A stretch of 63,411 nt of DNA from positions 1 to 63,411 of the forward strand of contig CALXCW010000001.1 of assembly GCA_944386905.1 (NCBI GenBank). The letters run 5' to 3'. Shown here in pieces: positions 1 to 10,270 of the stretch. The DNA is from an uncultured Oscillospiraceae bacterium (GTDB lineage: Bacteria > Bacillota > Clostridia > Oscillospirales > Oscillospiraceae). The position numbers and the translations under genes were made by a program. The notes beneath the pieces were generated by a model. That model made no database searches. It worked only from the letters and a program-made list of their open reading frames with translations, and had not been told where the DNA came from. Numbering within the stretch: the stretch's first letter is position 1; each line of letters opens with the position of its first letter.

Positions 1-35
1 GCACCCCGGGCGGCTCCATCCGCCCGGGAGAAAGG

Positions 36-1772
36 ATGGAAAACACCATGTATGATCCTATGATTTGGCATCGTGCCTGTGCGCCTTGGAGCTATGCCGT
101 CAATGAGGCGGCACTTTTACTGCGTGTGCAGACGGATCTTTTGGTGGAGCGGGTGCGCCTCCACTGGGGGGATCCCTTTGACGCCGGGATCCTGGGCGGC
201 AACCAGAATTGGAAGGAGACTTATGTGGAAGAGCTGACCCAGTGTCAGCAAATCGGCTTGCAAAATCTCTGGAGCATCCGCATCGCGCCGCCCTATAAGC
301 GCTGCCGCTATTTCTTCGAGGTGCGGCGAGGGACAGAGGCGTGGTACTACGGCGAAGCAGGCCTCTATCGTCCTGAGCAGCGCAGGCCGGAGGTGTGTAC
401 GGATTTCTACCAGCCGTGGATGAACGTATCGGATATCCCGGCGCCGCCGCAGTGGGTGAGCGAGACGGTCTGGTATCAGATTTTTCCGGATCGCTTCTGC
501 CGTGGAGCCGGCAGTGCGCCGGAGCCGAGGCTGCGCCCCTGGGGCAGGGGGCCTGTGACCAACCTGGAGCGCTACGGCGGAAACCTCCGCGGCATTCAGG
601 AAAAGCTGGGATACCTGCAAGACCTGGGAATCTCCGGCATTTACCTCACGCCGGTCTGGGATGCGCCGTCCATCCATAAGTATGATACCCGGAATTATGA
701 GCAGGTGGACCCCTGGTTTGGAACGAATCAAGACCTCCTGGAGCTTATCGAGGCGGCCCACCAGCGGGGAATGCGGGTGATGCTGGACGCCGTCTTTAAT
801 CACTGCGGCGAACAGTTTGCGCCCTGGCAGGATGTGAAGGCCAATGGCCCGGCCTCGCCGTACTGGGACTGGTTTATGGTCAATGAATGGCCCATCCCCC
901 AAGGCTACAGTACCCGGGACGGGCGGTATTTTTCTTTTGCATTTGCGGCCGGTATGCCTAAGCTCAACACCAATCATCCGGCGGTGGTGGACTACTTTTC
1001 CGGGCTGTGTGTCCGCTGGGTTCGCGACTATGGCGTGGATGGACTGCGCTTCGATGTGGGCAATGAAATTTCGCACAGCTTCCTCGCGGCGGTGCGCAGG
1101 GCCGTCACGGCCGTGCGGAAAGATGTCTTTTTGTTGGGGGAGATTTGGCACGACGCTTCCCCCTGGCTGGAGCGCGATGGCTATGACAGCGTGATGAATT
1201 ATCCGCTGCAGAGCGCCGTGGCCCAGTTCTTCTCGGATCCGACCCGCACGGCCCAGGCGTTTTCGTGGGATCTCCGGCGATGCCTGACCATGTACCGCGA
1301 GCAGACGGTGCCGGCACTCTTCAATCTCCTGGATTCCCACGATACGGATCGAATTTCTCACAGAACGCCCGATCCAGACGTTGTCTTGCAGCAGCTGGCG
1401 CTGCTGATGCTGTTGCCGGGCAGCCCCAGTATCTACTACGGCACGGAGATCGGCCTGCCCGGTGGGCATGATCCGGATTGTCGGCGATGCATGGACTGGG
1501 AACCCTCAGAGGCCCAGCAGACGCTGCGCCGAGAGGTACGGGCGTTGATTGCGCTGCGTCGGGAGAACCCGGAGCTCCGAGGGCCGGAGGCGGTCATTTC
1601 GGCGGACGGTGCGTCTCGCCGCTTGGCGCTGCATCGGGGATCCATCTGCTTGTATCTCAATGCTTCGGATGAGCCGTGGCCCCTCCGGACGGATGGGGCA
1701 ATTCTCTATCAACATTGCTGGGACGGCGCGTCGCTGGCTCCAGGCGGAATATTTGTGGTAAAAGGAGCGTAA
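36..1772 (+). CDS. GH13 alpha-amylase family enzyme, neopullulanase/cyclomaltodextrinase type
   Basis: 578-aa ORF with GH13 conserved regions DAVFNHCG, GLRFDVGNE, LLGEIWHD and LLDSHDTDR, plus WYQIFPDRF typical of intracellular cyclomaltodextrinase/neopullulanase. An alternative ATG lies at 48. Confidence 0.88.
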   Translation: MENTMYDPMIWHRACAPWSYAVNEAALLLRVQTDLLVERVRLHWGDPFDAGILGGNQNWKETYVEELTQCQQIGLQNLWSIRIAPPYKRCRYFFEVRRGTEAWYYGEAGLYRPEQRRPEVCTDFYQPWMNVSDIPAPPQWVSETVWYQIFPDRFCRGAGSAPEPRLRPWGRGPVTNLERYGGNLRGIQEKLGYLQDLGISGIYLTPVWDAPSIHKYDTRNYEQVDPWFGTNQDLLELIEAAHQRGMRVMLDAVFNHCGEQFAPWQDVKANGPASPYWDWFMVNEWPIPQGYSTRDGRYFSFAFAAGMPKLNTNHPAVVDYFSGLCVRWVRDYGVDGLRFDVGNEISHSFLAAVRRAVTAVRKDVFLLGEIWHDASPWLERDGYDSVMNYPLQSAVAQFFSDPTRTAQAFSWDLRRCLTMYREQTVPALFNLLDSHDTDRISHRTPDPDVVLQQLALLMLLPGSPSIYYGTEIGLPGGHDPDCRRCMDWEPSEAQQTLRREVRALIALRRENPELRGPEAVISADGASRRLALHRGSICLYLNASDEPWPLRTDGAILYQHCWDGASLAPGGIFVVKGA

Positions 1773-1776
1773 CAAA

Positions 1777-2499
1777 ATGAAAGAAATCCGCGCCGTTATC
1801 TTTGACCTGTACGGAACCTTGATCCATATTCATACAGATGAATGGGATTTAGAGCGCCTTTGGAAGCCGCTGAGCCTGTTTTACCGCTATCAGGGGGCGC
1901 AATTTACGCCGGAAGGGTTGAAGCAGCGATATCAGGCCTTGGTGCAGCAGGAAGAACAGGCTGCCCGGCAGCGCAGTGGAAACACAGACGTGGAAATCAA
2001 TGTCGAGCGGGTGTTCGCAGCGATCTATGCCGAGGGCGGCGTCTTGGCGCCGTCGCAGTTGATCAGCGCCACAGGACAGATGTTCCGTGCCTGCTCAACC
2101 AGGGTGGCAGAGCTGTATCCCGGCGCCCTGGAGCTTCTCGCCACCCTGCGCCGCCAGGGGAAAAAGGTGTATCTTCTCTCCAATGCCCAGCGGGTGTTTA
2201 CGGAGTATGAGATGAAAATGCTGGGGCTCTATGACGCCTTCGATGCCATCCGCATCTCCTCGGACTGGGACATCAAAAAGCCCGCCCACGCGTATTTCCG
2301 CTGCCTTCTCGATGAACTTCCCTTCACGCCTCAGCAGATCCTGATGGTGGGCAACAGCCCCCAGGACGACATCGTACCTGCCGCGGAGCTGGGCCTTCAC
2401 ACATGTTTTTTAAACACCGATCATATTTCACCGCCGCGGTGCGACCTGGTGTGCGACGGCGCGGACTATAACACGCTGCTGCATTTTATCAATGCGTAA
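1777..2499 (+). CDS. HAD-superfamily hydrolase
   Basis: 240-aa ORF with HAD motif I (VIFDLYGTL), motif II (LLSNA) and a KP...VGNSPQDD C-terminal motif. It starts 5 nt after the amylase stop. Confidence 0.8.
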   Translation: MKEIRAVIFDLYGTLIHIHTDEWDLERLWKPLSLFYRYQGAQFTPEGLKQRYQALVQQEEQAARQRSGNTDVEINVERVFAAIYAEGGVLAPSQLISATGQMFRACSTRVAELYPGALELLATLRRQGKKVYLLSNAQRVFTEYEMKMLGLYDAFDAIRISSDWDIKKPAHAYFRCLLDELPFTPQQILMVGNSPQDDIVPAAELGLHTCFLNTDHISPPRCDLVCDGADYNTLLHFINA

Positions 2500-2710
2500 T
2501 ACAATTAAGGGCCGCAAAACGTAAGTTTTGCGGCCCTTAATATAGGTCGCGGGATGGGAGGTTTGAAGCTTATAGCACCATATTTCGCTGCCATGCATCC
2601 AAGGGCTGCCGGTGACCGTTTTTGTGAAGGAAACGGGGGAGAAGGTCATCCCCTTGCACAACGGGCCCAAAGTCCGTATAATAGGTGCAACGACAGAAAG
2701 GCGGGATGAT

Positions 2711-5700
2711 ATGCTGACACTTCTCACCGGTGTTGACCGGACGGCTCTCTCCGGGCAGCTGGTGGATGAGCTGGTGCGCCGGGCGGCGGAGATGCCGGGG
2801 CAGATTCTTCTGGTGCCGGAGCAGTTTTCCCATGAGGCGGAGCGCATTCTGCTGGAGGCCGGGGGCAACACCATCAGCCGGTATGCCGAGGTGCTGAGCC
2901 TCTCGCGCCTTTCCGACAGGGTGGCGGCAGCTCACGGCGGTGCAGCCCGGGCTTATCTGGACAAGGGGGGGCGGCTGCTGGCCATGGCCCTGGCTGCCGA
3001 GCAGGTGGCTTCTCGGATCCGGCTCTATGCCGCCGTCCTCCGGCGGCCGGATTTTTTGATGGATTTGGTGCGGATGAGCGAGGAGTTTCAGAGCTATTGC
3101 CTGGAGCCTTCGACGCTTCTGGAGGCCGCTGACCATGCAGAGGGCCAGTTTGCCCAGAAGCTCCAGGAGCTGGGGCTTTTGTATGAGGCTTATCTGGCTG
3201 TCACCGGTCAGGGGGCGGCGGATCCGGCTGCTAAGCTGACGCGTCTGACGGCCCAGCTCACCGAGACGGACTGGGCCGAAACGCGCACCTTTTATGTGGA
3301 CGGGTTCACCGACTTCACTGCCGCAGAGCTCCAGGTGCTCGAGGCGCTGCTGCGTAACAGCCGGGGCATGTGGGTAGCTCTGGCCACCGGTGAGAGCGAA
3401 AGCGCCATCACCCGTCCTGCCCGGGCCACCGCCAAGGCATTGGCGCTCTTAGCGGCTCGGTGGGAGATTCCCTGCCGCAAGGAGCGGCTGGAGCGGCGCC
3501 AGCCGCGAAATGCTGCGGTGCAGGCGCTTTTAGACGGCCTCTTTTCCGGCGGCCAGGGCGGCAGCGCGGGCGGAAGCGTGCGATTGCGCCAATACGATTC
3601 TCCCGAGGCCGAGTGCGCCGGAGCGGCCCTTGCAATCAAAAGCCTTCTGGCCCGTGGAGTGCGGTGCCGGGAGATTTCCGTGGGACTTTGTGATACGTCT
3701 CGATATGAGATTCCGCTCCGTGCGGCGTTTGCCCAGGCTGGTCTGCCGCTGTACTTCGCCGGAGAAACACCCCTGGGCTCTCAGCCGGTGCTGGGGGCAC
3801 TGGTGGCGGCGCTGGAGGCTGCCACGGGGCCGATGAACTATGAGGATGTGGCCCTGTATCTCAAGTCCGGTCTGGCGCCGATGGAGCGCGACGCCTGCGA
3901 CCGGTTGGATGAGTATGCCTATCGCTGGAACATCCGCGGCAGCCTATGGGAGCAGGATTGGTCATTTCACCCCCGGGGCTACGGTGAGGACTGGAGCGAC
4001 GACGACCGCGCTGCTCTCAAGACCCTCAACACCTGGCGGCAGGCGGCGCTTGCACCGCTGGTGGAATTGCGGCGAGCACTGCGTGCAGCCGCCAACACCG
4101 GCGAAATGGTGCTCTCCTTGCACCACTTCCTCGAAAAGGCCGGCCTGCGCCGGCGTCTGGCTGCGGAAGCGGCTCAGCTGGAGCAGGCGGGCAGGGGCCA
4201 GCAGGCCCAGGAATTGCGCCAGCTCTACGACATCCTCCGGGTGAGTCTGGAGCAGATGTATCTGAGCGTGGGCGCCACGCCCCGCAGCGGCGAGGACTTT
4301 TGCCGCCTGTTTCAGACGTTGCTTACCCAGTATCAGGTGGGTACCATTCCCGCCGGGCTCGATCAGATCTATGCCGGCGCCCTGGCCGATCTGCGCCAGC
4401 GACGCACGAAGCACCTTTTTGTGTTGGGTGCGGAAGATGGGGCTTTCCCGGCTTATAAAGGTGCCGAGGGCCTTCTTACCGAGGAGGAACGGCGGCAGCT
4501 TCAGGCCGCCGGAATCACCTTGGCGCCCAGCCGCGCCGACCAGATGGATCAGGAGATGAACCGCATCGCCGCTGCTCTCAGTGCCGCCGAGGAGAGTCTG
4601 ACGCTCTCCTGCGCCGGAGAACAGCCGGCGTGGCTGCTGCGTCGTGCGGTGGCGCTGTTCCCCGATGGCTTTCGAGTGGTGGGAGGCGAGGCGCCGCTCA
4701 ATCTTTCCGCCCTGGCCGCCTGGAGTCTGCGCCACCACTGGGACGGTGCTGTACCGGGCCTCGCTGCGGTCAAAGATGACCTGGCTCGGCGGCGGGAGTA
4801 TGCCTTTACCGACCTCTCGCCCAAGACGGTGGAAGGGCTCTATGGCCGGGAGCTCTATCTCTCGGCTTCACGCATCGACAAATTTGCCGGATGTCGCCTG
4901 TCCTATTTCCTGGCCTATGGACTCAAGGCCGCGCCCCGGCGCCAGGCCAAGCTCGATCCCTCAGCCTTCGGCACCTTTGTTCATGCAGTGCTGGAGGAGA
5001 CGGTGCGCCGGGTGGGGCAGGAGGGGGGCTTCCCGAAGGTAACGCCTCAGCGGCTGACGGAAATCGCCGTGGAGGAGATGGATCGCTATGCCGCTGCCCG
5101 CTTTCCCCAGCAGGCCCAGCGGGCGGCCTACCTTTTCCGCCGCGCCAGGGCGGAGGTGCTGGACGTCGTGGAGGATCTGGGCGAGGAGCTGCGTCACAGC
5201 CGCTTCCAGCCCGCCGGGTGCGAAGTGGAGTTCTCCGCCTCCGGCCCGCTGCCAGCGGTGGCCGTGGCGGGGCAGAAGGCGGTGTGCCGCATCTCCGGCT
5301 TCGTCGATCGGGTGGATCTCTACGAGGAGAATGGAAAGACCTATGTGCGGGTGGTGGACTACAAGACCGGAAAGAAGGACTTTGATTTCACCGATATCCT
5401 CTATGGCGCGGGGCTGCAAATGCTTATCTATCTGTTTGCACTCCAGCACTTCGGCGCCGACTATTTTCACTGTGACGCCTTGATCCCGGCGGGGGTGCTG
5501 TATCTTCCGGCCCGCAAGGAGTATACCCTCACCCAGCCTCTGCCTGAGGACGACGATGTGGCGCAATTGCACCGCGAGGAGCGCCGCCGCCGCGGGCTGG
5601 TTCTCGGCTGGGACAGCGTGCTTGCTGCCATGGAGGCTGACCCAGCCCGGCCGAAATATATGCCCTATCAGGTAAAAAAGGGCGAGGCTGTGGGCAATCT

Positions 5701-5953
5701 GGCCACGGCCAGGCAGATGGAGCTGTTGGAGCGGCATGTGCTGCGGGTGCTGGGGCAAATGGTCGATGAGATCGCCGCCGGGGTCGTAGGGCCCAATCCC
5801 GTTTCCCGAGGCAGCGAGGGAAGCTGTCGCTTCTGTGACTATAAAAGCGTCTGCCATCCCGATCTCTGCCCCCGAGAAACCCGGGTGCTGGCTGCCACCG
5901 ACGCGGCGGAGTTCTGGGCCCGGCTGGAAGAAGAGGAGGAACACCATGGCTGA
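2711..5953 (+). CDS. addB: helicase-exonuclease AddAB, subunit AddB
   Basis: Long ORF in the AddB position upstream of addA. It has a C-terminal PD-(D/E)XK nuclease (VDYKTGK) and Fe-S cysteines (CRLSYF ... CRFCDYKSVC). The start was moved from the GTG at 2612 to the ATG at 2711 (MLTLLTG), so the start is uncertain. Confidence 0.85.
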   Translation: MLTLLTGVDRTALSGQLVDELVRRAAEMPGQILLVPEQFSHEAERILLEAGGNTISRYAEVLSLSRLSDRVAAAHGGAARAYLDKGGRLLAMALAAEQVASRIRLYAAVLRRPDFLMDLVRMSEEFQSYCLEPSTLLEAADHAEGQFAQKLQELGLLYEAYLAVTGQGAADPAAKLTRLTAQLTETDWAETRTFYVDGFTDFTAAELQVLEALLRNSRGMWVALATGESESAITRPARATAKALALLAARWEIPCRKERLERRQPRNAAVQALLDGLFSGGQGGSAGGSVRLRQYDSPEAECAGAALAIKSLLARGVRCREISVGLCDTSRYEIPLRAAFAQAGLPLYFAGETPLGSQPVLGALVAALEAATGPMNYEDVALYLKSGLAPMERDACDRLDEYAYRWNIRGSLWEQDWSFHPRGYGEDWSDDDRAALKTLNTWRQAALAPLVELRRALRAAANTGEMVLSLHHFLEKAGLRRRLAAEAAQLEQAGRGQQAQELRQLYDILRVSLEQMYLSVGATPRSGEDFCRLFQTLLTQYQVGTIPAGLDQIYAGALADLRQRRTKHLFVLGAEDGAFPAYKGAEGLLTEEERRQLQAAGITLAPSRADQMDQEMNRIAAALSAAEESLTLSCAGEQPAWLLRRAVALFPDGFRVVGGEAPLNLSALAAWSLRHHWDGAVPGLAAVKDDLARRREYAFTDLSPKTVEGLYGRELYLSASRIDKFAGCRLSYFLAYGLKAAPRRQAKLDPSAFGTFVHAVLEETVRRVGQEGGFPKVTPQRLTEIAVEEMDRYAAARFPQQAQRAAYLFRRARAEVLDVVEDLGEELRHSRFQPAGCEVEFSASGPLPAVAVAGQKAVCRISGFVDRVDLYEENGKTYVRVVDYKTGKKDFDFTDILYGAGLQMLIYLFALQHFGADYFHCDALIPAGVLYLPARKEYTLTQPLPEDDDVAQLHREERRRRGLVLGWDSVLAAMEADPARPKYMPYQVKKGEAVGNLATARQMELLERHVLRVLGQMVDEIAAGVVGPNPVSRGSEGSCRFCDYKSVCHPDLCPRETRVLAATDAAEFWARLEEEEEHHG

Positions 5954-8900
5954 GATGCGCTTGACCGCTGCCCAGCAGGCGGTGGTGGACAGCGAGGGCG
6001 GCGCGCTGCTGGTATCGGCGGCGGCCGGGTCTGGCAAGACAAAGGTACTGGTGGATCGACTGCTGCGCCGGGTGCTGGACAGCCAGAATCCCTGCAACAT
6101 CGACGATTTTTTGGTCATCACCTATACCAAGGCCGCGGCTGCGGAGCTGCGGCTGAAGATTGCCCAGGCCCTCAGCGCCCGGCTGGCGTTGGAGCCGGAC
6201 AATCGCCATCTGCAGCGGCAGCTCCATCGGATTTACCTGGCGGAGATTTCCACCGTACACGCCTTTTGCGGCAATCTCCTGCGTACCCATGCCCATCTGC
6301 TGGAGCTCCCGGCGGATTTCCGCGTGGCCGAGGAGGCCGAGAGCCAGGCTCTCCAGGAAAGGGTTTTGCAGACGCTGATCGAGGAGAGCTATGCAACGGG
6401 GGAGGAGGATTTTCTTGCCATGGCTGAGCTCTTCGGCTATGGCCGGGATGATCGGCGGCTGCCGGGGGCGGTATTGCAGATCCACCGGGAGATGCGCTGC
6501 CGCCCGGATATGGAGCGCTGGCGGACTCAAGTGTGCCGGCAGCTGGACGTCTCCGATTGCCTTGATGCGGCTGAGACACCCTGGGGGACGTATCTCCTGG
6601 AGGCGTTTCACGGCTTCCTCCAGCGACAGGTGGAAAAATTTTCCCAGGCCCTCTCGGAGCTGGAGGCATATCCCAACATCCAAAAGGGACTGGGAGCGTG
6701 CTTCGCCCAAAATCTCCGGCAGCTCCAGGCACTCAGTGCCTGCCGCAGCTGGGATGAGGTGGTGGCTGGAAAAATCACCGGCTTCGGCCGGGTGGGAACG
6801 GTACGACAGCCGGAGGATGCGCTGGTGAAAGAACGCCTATGCAAGATGCGCACCCTCTGTTGGTCGGAACTCAAGGCCTGGCAGGATCGCTTTTTTGCGC
6901 CCTCCCAGGCGGTGCTGGAGGACTTGGGCAAGACCACCGGGGCGCTGCAGACGCTGGTAGACTTTGCCGCCCGGTTTGACGCGGCCTATGCCGCTGAGAA
7001 GCGCCGCCGCCGGGTGCTGGACTTCTCCGATCTGGAGCATCAGGCCATCCGGCTGCTGGTGGATCGCTACACCGGACGCCCTACGGCTGCGGCCAGGGAG
7101 GTGGCGGCCCGGTTCCGGGAGATTATGGTGGACGAGTATCAGGATTCCAACGCCGTGCAGGATGTGATCTTTGAGGCCATTTCCCAGGAGGGCCGCAACC
7201 GCTTTATGGTGGGCGATGTAAAACAGTCCATCTACCGTTTTCGTCTGGCCGATCCGACGCTGTTTCTCGAAAAGTATGCCGCCTATCCCGATGCCGAACT
7301 GGCCCAGCCTGGCCGGCCGCGCAAGATCCTCCTGTCGGAGAATTTTCGCTCCAGGCCGGAGATTCTTTCCGCGTGCAACCATGTATTCTCCCTGGTAATG
7401 CGGCCGCGGGTGGGAGGCCTTGCCTATACCGAGCAGGAGGCGCTGCGCCCCGGACGCTGCTTTCCGCCGCTGCCCCATTGTCCCGTGGAGCTCCACTGTC
7501 TTACCGACAGCGGCGCGGAAGCTCCGGAGAAAAGCCGGGCCGAGGCTGCCTTTGTGGCTGAGAGGATCGCTGCGCTGTTGCGTGCCCAGACAAGCGTCAC
7601 CGACGGCGACGGGCTGCGGCCGGTACGACCCGGCGATATCGCCATTTTGATGCGTTCTTTGTCCAACACGGCCCAGATCTACCTGGAGGAATTGGCGCGC
7701 CTGGGTATTCCCGCCGTCTGTGACCGGGGCGGCAGTCTGCTGGACACTGCAGAGGTGCAGATCTTGGTGGCGCTGCTGGAAATCATCGACAACCCGCACC
7801 AGGATATCCCCCTGCTGGCGGCTCTGGCCAGCCCTGTTTTTTGCTATACGCCGGAGCAGTTGGCCCAGCCCAGAACGGCCCAGCGCAAGCGTGACTATTA
7901 TGATGCGCTTCTGGAGATGGGCGGCGACTTTGCTCCCTTCCTCGGGCTGCTGGAGGAACTGCGGCAGGAGAGCCACCGCCTCAGCCTCAGCGAACTGCTG
8001 CTGGAAATCTTCCGCCGCACCGAAATGGTCACAGTTTTTTCTGCGATGGATGACGGAGCGGCCCGGGCGCGAAACCTGCAGGCCTTTCAGAGCTTCGTGC
8101 GCAGCTTCGAGGGCGGCACTGCCCGGGCATTGCCGGAGCTATTATGGTATCTGCGCGATCTCAAAGAGAGCGGCGGGCAGCTCCCTATGCCCAAGGCCGG
8201 CGTCGGCGACGCTGTGCGGCTGATGACCATCCACAGCTCTAAGGGATTGGAATTCCCAGTGGTATTTCTGGCGGATCTCTCCCGAAAGTTCAACCTTCAG
8301 GATATGCGCGAGGCCATTTTGGTGGACAGCGATCTGGGACTGGGGTGTAACCAGGTGGATTCTGCCCGGTTTGTCCGCTATCCTACCCTGGCCAAGACGG
8401 CAATTGCCCGAAAAAAAACGGCGGAGGCCATCTCGGAGGAGCTGCGAGTGCTCTATGTGGCCATGACCCGCGCCAAGGACATGCTGGTGATGACTTATTA
8501 CAGTCGCCGTTTGGCCGGGGAGCTGAAAAACCTGACCACCCAGCTGACCATGCCGCCCAGCGAAGAACTGTGCGCCGCGGCCACCTGCCCGGGCCATTGG
8601 ATCTTGCTCAGCGCCCTGGTGCGCACCGAGGCCGGTGCGCTCTTTTCCCTGAGCGGCCCGTGCGACGCAGCGCAGGTCTGGCCGGACACCTGGCGCATTA
8701 CGGCCACCGATCTCTCCCAGACCCAGCAGCTCCAGACGGTTCTGACTGCAGAAACACCCGGGCCGGCGGAGATGCCGGACGAAGCGGCGCTGGCGCTGCT
8801 GGATTTCTCCTATCCCCACTCTGCCGCCGCCCATATCCCGGCTAAGGTAACCGCTACCCAGCTCAAAGGCCGCCTGCCCGACCAGGAGGCTGCCGAAGGT

Positions 8901-9470
8901 GCCGCTGTAGGTTCCCGGCGGGATTTCTCCTTCCGAAGCCCCAGCTTTTTGCCCCGCCCCATGAGCGCTGCCGAGCGGGGCGTGGCGACCCATCTCTTTT
9001 TGCAGTTTGCCCGTTTCGGAGCTTGTCAGACCCGAGAGGGCGTGGATGCCGAGGCCCAGCGGCTGGTGGAAGAGGCCTATCTTACCCCGCCCCAGGCTGA
9101 GGCGGTGCGCCGCGACGAGGTGTTGGCTTTCTTTGAAAGCACCCTGGGCCGGTGGCTTTTGGCCCAGCCCCAGGTGCAGCGGGAATTTAAGTTCTCCATC
9201 CTGGTGGACGCCGCTTCTGTGGGCTATGGCGTGGAGGGGGAGCAGTTGATGCTCCAGGGTGTGGTGGACTGCTTTGTGGTGGAGCCCGACGGCCTCACCA
9301 TCCTGGACTTTAAAACAGACCGGGTCACCGAAAAGACCATCGAGCGCCGCGCTGCGTCCTATGCGCCCCAGCTCCAGGCCTATGCCAAGGCCTTGGGGCA
9401 GATCTATACGCTTCCGGTCAAGCGGACGCTTCTCTATTTCTTTGCCGCCGGTCGGACGGTGGAGGTATAA
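5946..9470 (+). CDS. addA: ATP-dependent helicase/nuclease AddAB, subunit AddA
   Basis: UvrD-type helicase motifs: Walker A AAAGSGKT, DEYQDSN, and TIHSSKGLEFPVVFL with VLYVAMTRAK. A C-terminal nuclease motif (DFKTD) is present. The ATG at 5946 overlaps the addB stop by 8 nt. Confidence 0.92.
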   Translation: MAEMRLTAAQQAVVDSEGGALLVSAAAGSGKTKVLVDRLLRRVLDSQNPCNIDDFLVITYTKAAAAELRLKIAQALSARLALEPDNRHLQRQLHRIYLAEISTVHAFCGNLLRTHAHLLELPADFRVAEEAESQALQERVLQTLIEESYATGEEDFLAMAELFGYGRDDRRLPGAVLQIHREMRCRPDMERWRTQVCRQLDVSDCLDAAETPWGTYLLEAFHGFLQRQVEKFSQALSELEAYPNIQKGLGACFAQNLRQLQALSACRSWDEVVAGKITGFGRVGTVRQPEDALVKERLCKMRTLCWSELKAWQDRFFAPSQAVLEDLGKTTGALQTLVDFAARFDAAYAAEKRRRRVLDFSDLEHQAIRLLVDRYTGRPTAAAREVAARFREIMVDEYQDSNAVQDVIFEAISQEGRNRFMVGDVKQSIYRFRLADPTLFLEKYAAYPDAELAQPGRPRKILLSENFRSRPEILSACNHVFSLVMRPRVGGLAYTEQEALRPGRCFPPLPHCPVELHCLTDSGAEAPEKSRAEAAFVAERIAALLRAQTSVTDGDGLRPVRPGDIAILMRSLSNTAQIYLEELARLGIPAVCDRGGSLLDTAEVQILVALLEIIDNPHQDIPLLAALASPVFCYTPEQLAQPRTAQRKRDYYDALLEMGGDFAPFLGLLEELRQESHRLSLSELLLEIFRRTEMVTVFSAMDDGAARARNLQAFQSFVRSFEGGTARALPELLWYLRDLKESGGQLPMPKAGVGDAVRLMTIHSSKGLEFPVVFLADLSRKFNLQDMREAILVDSDLGLGCNQVDSARFVRYPTLAKTAIARKKTAEAISEELRVLYVAMTRAKDMLVMTYYSRRLAGELKNLTTQLTMPPSEELCAAATCPGHWILLSALVRTEAGALFSLSGPCDAAQVWPDTWRITATDLSQTQQLQTVLTAETPGPAEMPDEAALALLDFSYPHSAAAHIPAKVTATQLKGRLPDQEAAEGAAVGSRRDFSFRSPSFLPRPMSAAERGVATHLFLQFARFGACQTREGVDAEAQRLVEEAYLTPPQAEAVRRDEVLAFFESTLGRWLLAQPQVQREFKFSILVDAASVGYGVEGEQLMLQGVVDCFVVEPDGLTILDFKTDRVTEKTIERRAASYAPQLQAYAKALGQIYTLPVKRTLLYFFAAGRTVEV

Positions 9471-9523
9471 GCCTCCATTCCGGCGGGTATAGGATATAAA
9501 AACTTGGAAAGAAGGAAATTGAT

Positions 9524-9952
9524 TTGCCAACCTTAGAGGAAATCCGGGCATTTTTTGCCGCGGATCGCTTTGCAACTGAGACGGTAGGCGTGGAAATTGT
9601 TGCCGCCGAACCGGGTCACGCTGTCTGTGCCCTGCGGCTGGGCCCGGGGCACCGCAATGCCGCCGGTATGCCCCAGGGAGGTGCCGTCTTTACCTTGGCG
9701 GACTTCTGCTTTGCCGTGTCTGCCAATGCCTTCTCTGACCGCATCAGCGTGTCGATGCAGCATGACATCACCTATCTCACCGCCTCCCGGGGCAGTGTCC
9801 TATATGCCGATTCCCGCTGTGTCCGCTGCGGACGCACTACCTGCTTTTACACAGTGGAGGTCACAGATGACCTGGGGGTGCATGTGGCCCATATGACCGT
9901 CAACGGCTTTGTGACAGAGAAAAAGATCGAGAAACATGAAAATAGTCATTGA
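9524..9952 (+). CDS. PaaI-family hotdog-fold acyl-CoA thioesterase
   Basis: 142-aa ORF with a TTG start. The N-terminus (LEEIRAFFAADRFA...GVEIV) and the GMPQGGAVFTLADF core are typical of PaaI/4HBT-type thioesterases. Confidence 0.75.
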   Translation: MPTLEEIRAFFAADRFATETVGVEIVAAEPGHAVCALRLGPGHRNAAGMPQGGAVFTLADFCFAVSANAFSDRISVSMQHDITYLTASRGSVLYADSRCVRCGRTTCFYTVEVTDDLGVHVAHMTVNGFVTEKKIEKHENSH

Positions 9953-9977
9953 CTTTATCAGAAGAAAGTGATAAAGT
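9949..9977 (+). promoter_or_regulatory. sigma-70-type promoter of the T-box operon (TTGACT-17 nt-TAAAGT)
   Basis: -35 TTGACT at 9949-9954, a 17-nt spacer, and -10 TAAAGT at 9972-9977. It lies about 18 nt upstream of the base of T-box stem I. Confidence 0.6.
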
Positions 9978-9994
9978 AGTGCATACGAAAAGAA

Positions 9995-10220
9995 CGCGAT
10001 GAAGAACCCAAGTAGGCATTGCCTCCCTGCTCCAGAGAGCTGCCGGTTGATGCAAGGCAGCGCAGGCGCGATGGCTGAATACCGTTCCGAGCGGCACCGC
10101 TGAACCGGCAAGTAGGCGGCGACGGGCGCGCCCGTTACAGCGCTGTGAGGCCGCTTCGGCGGTAAACTGAGGTGGTACCACGGGGTTTCTCGTCCTCTGC
10201 GGATGCAGAGGACGTTTTTT
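9995..10220 (+). promoter_or_regulatory. T-box riboswitch leader, tyrosine specifier (UAC)
   Basis: GA/K-turn GCGAUGA (9996), AGUA (10011), AGAGA bulge (10034) and Specifier Loop GAA-UAC (UAC at 10080-10082). F-box CCGUUA (10132) and T-box sequence GGUGGUACCACGG (10171-10183, UGGU bulge) are present. A terminator follows: CGTCCTCTGC-GGAT-GCAGAGGACG plus T6 (10191-10220). Confidence 0.9.
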
Positions 10221-10270
10221 GTTGCTGCCGACGGGATCCAAATGAAAACCACTGAAAAAGGGAGATACAT

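Noticed and set aside
10078-10081. Alternative specifier register AAU (Asn) followed by a purine in both T-boxes
   Set aside because: Both loops contain GAAU, so AAU plus purine is formally possible. However, the helix below the loop then leaves two unpaired nucleotides. The GAA S-turn element would also be lost. In addition, UAC with a UGGU (A73) bulge and UGG with a UGGC (G73) bulge, upstream of trpB2, are mutually consistent with Tyr and Trp.
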